A DNA stretch of 64,000 nucleotides from the human T2T-CHM13v2.0 reference genome, Homo sapiens: the NCBI RefSeq assembly GCF_009914755.1, contig NC_060938.1. One strand, given 5' to 3'. Each line of letters begins with the position of its first letter. Position 1 is the stretch's first letter. Positions 56,201 through 64,000 of this stretch are shown here, in pieces. The position numbers were made by a program, and so were the translations under genes. Under the pieces are notes generated by a model that saw only the letters and a list, made by a program, of their open reading frames with translations, made no database searches and was not told the DNA's origin.

Positions 56201-59200
56201 TGAGAATGCTTCTGTCTAATTTTTATATAAGGATATTCCCATTTCCAACGAAGGCCAATAAACGGTCAAAATAGCCACTTGTAGATTCTACTAAAAGAGT
56301 GTACCAAAACTTCTCTATGATAAAGTATGTCCAACTCTGTGAGTTGAATGCAAACATCACAAAGAAGTTTCTGAGAACGCCTCTGTCTAGTTTTTATGTG
56401 AAGATATTTCCTTTTCCACCATAGGCCTCAAGGCTCTCCAAATGTCCCCTAGCAGATTCTGCAAAAAGAGTGTTTCAAAACTCCTGTAACAAAAGAGAGG
56501 TTCAACTCTGTGAGTTGAATGCACACATCACAAAGAAGTTTCTGAGAACAATTCTGTCTAGTGTTTATGTGACGATATTCCAGTTTCCAATGAAGTCCTC
56601 AAAGCGCTTCAAATATCCACTTGCAGATTCTACAAAAAGAGTGTTTCAAAACTGCTCTACCAAAAAATAGTTTCAACTCTGTCAGTTGAATGCAAACATC
56701 ACAAAGAAGCTTCTGAGAATGCTTCTGTCTACTTTTTATGCGAAGATATTTCCTTTCCCACGTTAGGCCTCAAAGCTCTCCAAATTTCCACTTGAAGATT
56801 CTACAAAATGATGGTTTCAAAACTGCTCTATGATAAGGTATGCTCAACTCTGTCAGTTGAAGGCAAACATCACAAAGATGTTTCTGAGAATTATTCTCTC
56901 TAGTTTTCATGGGAAGACATTTCCTTTTCCAGCACAGGCCTCAAAGTGCTCCAAATGTCCATTTGCAGATTCTACAAAAAGTGTTTGAAACCTGCTCTAT
57001 CAAAAGAAAGGTTCATCTCTGAGTTGAATGCACACATCACAAAGAAGTTTCTGAGAATGCTTCTGTCTAGTGTTTATGTGAGATATTCCTGTTTCCAATG
57101 AAGGACTTAAAGTGGTCCAAATATCCTCTTGCAGATTCTATGAAAAGACTGTTTAATGTCTGCTTTATCAAAAGAAAGGTTCAACTCTGTGAGTTGAATG
57201 CACAAATCACAAAGAAGTTTCTGAGAATGCTTCTGTCTAGTTTTTATGTGAAGATATTTCGTTTTCCACCATAGGCCACAAAGCTCTCCAAAAGTCCATG
57301 GACAGATTCTACAAAAAGAGTGTTTCAAAGCTGCCCTATCAAAAGAAAGGTTCAACTCTGTGAGTTGAATGTTCACATCACAAAGAAGTTTCTGAGAATG
57401 CTGCTGTCTAATTTTTATGTGAAGATACTCCTGTTTCTGATGAAGGCCTCAAAAAGTTCCAAATATTCACTTCCAGATTCAACTAAAAGATTGTTTCAAA
57501 ACTGCTCTATCATAAGGTATGTTCAACACTGTGAGTTGAAGGCAAACGTCACAAAGAAGTTTCTGAGAATGCTTCTGTCTAGTTTTTATTGGAAGATATT
57601 TCCTTTTCCACTGTAGGGCTTAAATCGCTCCAAATGTCCACTTGCAGATTATACAAAAAGAGTGTTTCAAACCTGCTCTATCTAAAGAAAGCTTGAAATC
57701 TGTGAGTTGAATGCACACAGCACAAAGAAGTTTCTGAGAAAGCTTCTGTCTAGTGATTATGTGAAGATATTCCCATTTCCAATGAAGGCTGGTAAGCAGT
57801 CCAAATATCCACTTGCAGATTCTGCGAAAAGAGTGTTTCAAAACTGCTCTATGATACAGTATGTCCAAATCTGTGGGTTGAAAGCAAACATCACAAAGAA
57901 GTTTCTGAGAATGCTTCTGTCTAGTTTTTATGTGAAGATATTTCCTTTTCCACCATAGGCCTCAAGGCGCTCCAAATGTCCACTTGCAGATTCTGCAAAA
58001 AGAGTGTTTCAACCTGCTCTATCAAAAGAAAGGTTAAACTCTGTGAGTTGAATGCACACAGCACAAAGAAGTTTCTGAGAATGCTTCTGTCTAGTGTTTA
58101 TGTGAAGATATTCCCGTTTCCAACGAAGGCCTCAAAGCGGTCCAAATATCCATTTGCAGATTCTACAAAAAGAGCGTTTAAAACCAGCTCTATCAAAAGA
58201 AAGGCTCAACTCTGTTAGTTGAATGTACGCATCACAAAGAAGTTTCTGAGAATGCTGCTGTCTAATTTTTATGTGAAGATATTCCCGTTTCCAATGAAGG
58301 CCTGAAAGCATTCAAAATATCCACTTCCAGATTCTACTAAAAGAGTGCTTCAAAACTGCTCTATGATAAGGTATGTTCAACTCTGTGAGTTGAAGGCAAA
58401 CATCACAAAGAAGTTTCTGAGAATGCTTCTGTCTAGTTTTTATGTGAAGATATTTCCTTTTCCACCATAGGCCTCAAGGCGCTCCAAATGTCCACTTGCA
58501 GATTCTGCAAAAAGAGTGTTTCAAACCTGCTCTATCAAAAGAAATGTTCAACTCTGTGAGTTGAATGCACACATCACAGAGAAGTTTCTGAGAATTTTTC
58601 TGTCTGGCTTTTATATAAAGATATTACCTTTTCCACCTTAGGCCTCAAAGCTCTCAAAATATCCGCTGGCAGATTCTACAAAAAGAGAGTTTGAAAGCTG
58701 CTCTATGATAAGGTATGTTCAACTCTGTGAGTTGAATGCTCACCTCATAAAGAAGTTTCTGGGAATGCTTCTGTCTAGTGTTTATGTGAAGATATTCCTG
58801 TTTCCAAAGAAGGCCTCAAAGCGGACCAAATATCCAATTGCAAATTCTACAAAAAGAGTGTTTCAAAGCTGCTCTATCAAAAGAAAGGCCCAACTCTGTG
58901 AGTTGAATGCACACATCACAAAAAAGTTTCTGAGAATGCTTCTGTCTAGAGTTTATGTGAAGATATACCCGTTTCCAACGAAGACCTCAAACTGGTCCAA
59001 ATATCCACATAGAGATTCTACAAAAAGAGGGTTTCTAAACTGCTCTATCAAAGGAAAGGTTCAACTCTGTGAGTTGAATGCACACATCACAAAAAAGTTT
59101 CTGAGAATGCCTCTGTCTAGAGTTTATGTGAAGATATACCCGTTTCCAACGAAGACCTCAAACTGGTCGAAATACCCACATGCAGATTCTACAAACAGGG

Positions 59201-60460
59201 GGTTCTTAAACTTCTCTATAAGAAGAAAGGTTCAACTCTGTGACATGAATGTACACATCACAAAGTAGTTTCTGAGAAAGCTTCTATCTAGTGATTATCT
59301 GAAGACATTCCCATTTCCAACGAATGCCTCAAAGCGGTCCAAATATCCACTTGCAGATTCTACTAAAAGAGTGTGTCAAAACTGCCCTATGATAAAGTAT
59401 CTTCAACTCTGTGAGTTGAATGCAAACATCACAAAGATGTTTCTCAGAATGATTCTGTCTATATTTTATGTGAGGATATTTCCTTTTCGGCCATAGGTCT
59501 CAAAGCTCTCCAAATGTCCACTTGCAGATTCTACAAAAACAGTGTTTCAAGACTGCTCTATCAAAAGAAAGGTTCAATTCTGTGAGTTCAATGCACACAG
59601 CACAAAGAAGTTTCTGAGAAAACTTCTCTCTAGAGATTATGTGAAGATATTCCCATTTCCAAAGAAAGCCTCAAAGCGGTCCAAATATCCACTCGCAGAT
59701 TCTACTAAAAGAGTGTTTCAAAACTGCTCTATGATAAAGTGTGTCCAACTCTGTGAGTGGAATGCTAACATCACAAAGAAGTTTCTGAGAATGCTTCTGT
59801 CTAGTTTTTATGTGAAGATATTTCCTTTTCCACCATAGGCCTCAAAGCGCTTCAAATGTCCACTTGCAGTTTCGGCAAAAAGAGTGTTTCAAACCTGCCC
59901 TATCAAAAGAAAGGTTCAACTCTGTGAGTTAAATTCGCACGTCACAAAGAAGTTTCTGACAATGCTTCTGTCTAGTGATTATGTGAAGGTATCCTATTTC
60001 CAAAGAATGCCTCGAAGCAGTTCAAATATGCAGTTGCAGATTCTACAAGAAGAGTGTTTCAAAACTGCTCTATCAAAAGAAAGGTTCAACTCTGTGAGTT
60101 GAATGTATACATCACAAAGAAGTTTCTGAGAATGCTTCTCTCTAGTTTTTATGTGAAGATGTACCCGTTTCCAATGAAGGCCTCAAGGCTTTCCATATAT
60201 CCACTTGCAGATTCTACTAAAAGAGTGTTTCAAAACTGCTCTATGATGAGGTATGTTCAACTCTGTGCGTTGAAGGCAAACATCACAAAGAAGTTTCTGA
60301 GAATGCTTATTTCTATTTTTTATGGGAAGATATTTATTTTTCCACCATAGGCCTCAAAGCGCTTCAATTGTCCACTTGCAGATTCTGCAAAAAGAGTGTT
60401 TCAAACCTGCCCTATCAAAAGAAAGGTTCAACTGTGTGAGTTGAATTCGCACATCACAAA
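50201..60460 (-). repeat. Alpha satellite, second SF5-like A/B layer (with an embedded layer-II patch at ~50760-51480)
   Basis: B-boxes reappear (50272 onward). It shares markers with 30501-41230, such as ataaggtatgttc and gaaagcttctgtctagtgattatg. Confidence 0.8.
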
Positions 60461-63400
60461 GAAGTTTCTCAGAATTCTTCTGTCTAGTTTTTATCTGAAG
60501 ACATTTCCTTTTCCACCATAGACCTCAAACCACTCCAAATGTACACTTGCAGATTCTACAAAAAGAGAGTTTCAAAACTGCTCAATCAAAAGAAATGTTT
60601 AACTCTGTGAGATGAATGGACACATCATAAAGTACTTTATCAGACTGCTTTTATCTAGATTTTCTGTGAAGATATTTCCTTTTCTACGAGAGGTCACAAA
60701 GTGTTCCAATTGTCCACTTGCATATTCCACAAAAAGAGTGCTTCCAAACTGCTCAGTCAAAAGAAAGGTTCAACTCTTTGAGATGTAAGCACAAATCACA
60801 AAGAAGTTTCTCAGAATTTTTCTGTTTAGTTTTTATGTGAAAATATTTACTTTTCCACCATAGGCCTCAAAGCGCTCCAAATGTCCACTTGCAGATTTTA
60901 CAAAAAGAGAGTTTCAAGACAGCTCAATCAAAAGAAAGTTTTAACTCTGTGAGATGAATGCACACATCAAAAAGAAGTTTCTCAGATTCATTCTATCTAG
61001 ATTTTATGGGAATATATTTCCTTTTCTAACATAGGCTGCAAAGCACTCCAAATGTCCATTTGCAGATTCCACAAAAAGAGTGTTTCCAAACTGCTTAATC
61101 AAAAGAAAGGTTCAACTCTGTGAGATAAACATCACAAAGCATCACAAAGAAGTTTCTCCGAATTCTTCTGTGTAGTTTTGATGTGAAAATATTTCCTTTT
61201 CCTCCACAGGCCTCAAAGCGCTCCAAATGTTAACTTGCAGATTCTACAAAAAGAGAGATTCAAAACTGCTCAATCAAAACAAAGGCTTAACTCTTTGAGA
61301 TCAGTGCACACATCACAAAGAAGTTTCTAAAAAAGCTTCTGTCGAGTTTTTATGTGAAGATATTTCGTTTTCCACCGTAGGCCTCAAAGCGCTCCAAATG
61401 TCCACTTCCACATTCAACAAAAAGAGAGTTTCAAAACTGCTCAATCAAAAGTAAGAGTTAACCCTGTGAGATGAATGCACTCATCCCAAAGAAGTTTCTC
61501 AGATTGCTTCTGTCTAGATTTTATGTGAAACTGTTTCCTTTTCTAACATAGGCTGCAAAGCGCTCCAAATGCTCACTTAGAGAATCTACAAAGAGTGTTT
61601 CAAATATTCTCAATCAAAAGAAATGTTCAACTCTGTCAGATGAATGCACACATCACAAAGAAGTTTCTCAGAGTTCTTCTGTCTAGTTTTTATGTGAAGA
61701 TATTTCCTTTTCCACCATAGGCCTCAAAGCACTCCAAATGTCCACTTGCAGATTCTACAAAAAGAGAGTTTCAATACTGCTCTATCAAAAGGAATGTTTA
61801 ACTCTGTGAGAAGAATGCACACGTCACAAAGAGATTTCTCAGATTGCTTCTTTCTAGATTTAATGTGAAGATATTTCCTTTTCTATCATAGTCGGCAAAG
61901 CGCTCCAAATGTCCACTTGCACATTCTACAAAAAGAGTGATTCCAAACTGCTCAATCAAAAGGAAGGTTCAACTCTGTGAGATGAATGCACACATCACAA
62001 AGAAGTTTCTCAGATTGCTTCTGTCTAGGTTTTATGTGAAGATATTTCCTTTTCTACCTTAGGCCCCAAAGCGCTCCAAGTGTCCACTTGTAGATTTTAC
62101 AAAAAGAGTGTTTCCAAACTGCTCAATCAAAAGGAAGTTTCAACTCTGTGAGATGAACACACACATCACAAAGAAGTTTCTCAGAATTCTTCTGTCTAGT
62201 TTTTATGGGAAGATATTTCCTTTTCCACCATAGGCCTAAAAGCACTCCAAATGCCCACTTGCAGATTCTACAAAAAGAGAGTTTCAAAACTGCTCAATCA
62301 AACAAAAGTTTTAAACCTGTGAGATGAAAGCACACATCACAAAGAAGTTTCTCAGATTGCTTTTGTCTAGATTTTATGTGAAGATGTTTCTTTTACTACC
62401 ATAGGCCTCAAAGCGCTCCAAATGTCCACTTGCAGATTCTACAAAATAGAGTTTCAAGACAGCTCAATCAAAAGAAAAGTTTAACTCTGTGAAATGAATG
62501 CACACATCACAAAGTAGTTTCTCAGATTGCTTCTGTCTGAACTTTATGTGAAGATATTTCCTTTTCTACCATAGGCCACAAAGTGCTCAAAATGTCCACT
62601 TGCAGATTCTACAAAAAGAGTGTTTCCAAACAGCTCAATCAAAAGAAAGGTTCCACTCTGTGAGATGAACGCACACATCACAAAGAAGTTTCACAGTATT
62701 CTCCAATCTGGTTTTTATGTGAAGATATTTTCTTTTCCACATTGTCCTCAAACCGCTCCAAATGTACTCTTCCAGATTCTACAAAAACAGAGTTTAAAAA
62801 TGCTCCATCAAAAGCAGTGTTTAAGTCTCTGAGATGAATGCACATATCACAAAGAATTTTCTCATATTGCTTCTGTCTAGATTTTATGTGCAGGTATTTC
62901 CTTTTCTAACACTGGCCGCAAAGCGCTCCAAATCTCCACTTGCAGATTCTGCAAACGGAGTGCTTCCAAAATGCTCAATCAAAATGAAGGTTCAACTCAG
63001 TGAGATGAACACACACATCACAAAGAAGTTTCTCAGAATTCTTCTGTCTAGTATTTATGTGAAATTATTTCCTTTTCCACCATAGGCCTCAAAGCGCTCC
63101 AAATGTCCACTTGCAGATTCTACAAAAAGAGAGTTTCAAAACTGCTCAACCAAACTAAAGTTTTAACTCTGTGAAATGAATGCACAAATCACAAAGTAGT
63201 TTCTCAGATTGGCTCTGTCTGAATTTTATGTGAAGATATTTCCTTTTCTATCATAGGCCACAAAGTGCTCCAAATGTCCACTTGCAGATTCTACAAAAAG
63301 AGTCTTTCCAAACAGCTCAATCAAAAGAAAGTTTCAACTCTGTGAGATGAACGCACACATCACAAAGAAGTTTGTCAGAATTCTTCTCTCTAGTTTTTAT

Positions 63401-64000
63401 GTGAAGATAAATTCCTTTTCCACCGTAGGCTTCAAAGTGCTCCAAATGACCATTTGCAGATTCTACAAAAAGAGGGTTTCAACACTGCTCAATCAAAAGA
63501 AAGGCTCAATTCTGCGAGATGAACGCACATATCACAAAGAACTTTCTCAGAATTCTTCTGTTTTGTTTTTATGTGAAGATATTTCCTTTTAAACCATAGG
63601 CCTCAAGGTACTCGAAATGTCCACTTGAAGATTCTACAGAGTATTTCAAAACTGGTCCTTCGAAAGAAAGATTCAACTCTGGGTGATGAATGCGCACATC
63701 ACAAAATCTTTCTCAGAACACTTCAATATAGTTTTTATGTGAAGATATTTCATTTTCCACCATAGGCCTCAAAGCGCTCCAAATGTCCACTTGCAGATTC
63801 TACAAAAAGACAGTTTCAAAACTGCTCAATCAAAAGAAATGTTTATCTCTGTGAGATGAATGCACACATCACAAAGTTGTTTCTCAGATTACTTCTGTCT
63901 AGATTTTATGTGAACATATTTCCTAGTCTACCATAGGCCGCAAAGTGCTCCAAATGTCCACTTGCAGATTCTGTAAAAAGAGGGTTTCCAAACTGCTCAA
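60461..64000 (-). repeat. Alpha satellite, A-type-only layer II (second block)
   Basis: Same markers as 46751-50200 and no B-boxes seen. Contains a near-copy of 48430-49000. Confidence 0.82.

Larger units (their letters stand above)
12900..59154 (-). promoter_or_regulatory. Dispersed intact CENP-B boxes outside the left cluster
   Basis: Intact 17-mers seen by eye at about 12900, 15968, 16649, 16990, 19553, 20065, 20407, 24330, 24500, 26035, 26886, 27735, 28760, 30298, 35254, 36957, 38320, 38491, 39004, 40538, 54531, 55895, 58112, 58967 and 59138. None seen in 41231-50200. The list may be incomplete. Confidence 0.75.

Noticed and set aside
61130-61149. 10-bp tandem duplication catcacaaag x2, plus other micro-indels (3251-3260, poly-T at 47000-47010, 53101-53105)
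   Set aside because: Ordinary slippage events with no sign of an inserted element; useful only as alignment markers.
14151-64000. Search for inversions, Alu, other satellites (HSat, beta, gamma) or unique inserts in the rest of the array
   Set aside because: None seen by eye; monomers keep one orientation and phase. Very short inserts could have been missed.

Overview
Primate (most likely human or great ape) pericentromeric DNA. About 57.6 kb is ~171-bp alpha satellite in one orientation, the reverse complement of the conventional consensus. It is arranged in sequence layers: an SF2-like A/B dimeric layer with CENP-B boxes (1-~14150), an irregular A/B transitional layer (~14150-30500), SF5-like R1/R2 layers (~30500-41230 and ~50200-60460), and layers with only A-type monomers and no CENP-B boxes (~41230-50200 and ~60460-64000). 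Several layers contain decayed higher-order-repeat (HOR) duplications. One full-length, inactivated L1PA2-like LINE-1 (~6134-12163, + strand) interrupts the SF2-like layer. It carries a ~340-bp non-alphoid 3' transduction ending in a second poly(A), and the target-site duplication (TSD) lies beyond that tail. The transduced tail contains a 65-bp older L1 3' end with its own perfect 17-bp TSD, plus a purine/pyrimidine minisatellite. I find no host protein-coding genes; the many short ORFs arise because the 171-bp monomer is 57 codons. I see no evidence of a wholly new biological system. The most interesting signals are the nested transduction, the open ORF0, and the non-monotonic, mosaic layer order. 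Subfamily and suprachromosomal-family labels come from recalled consensus sequences and need computational confirmation.
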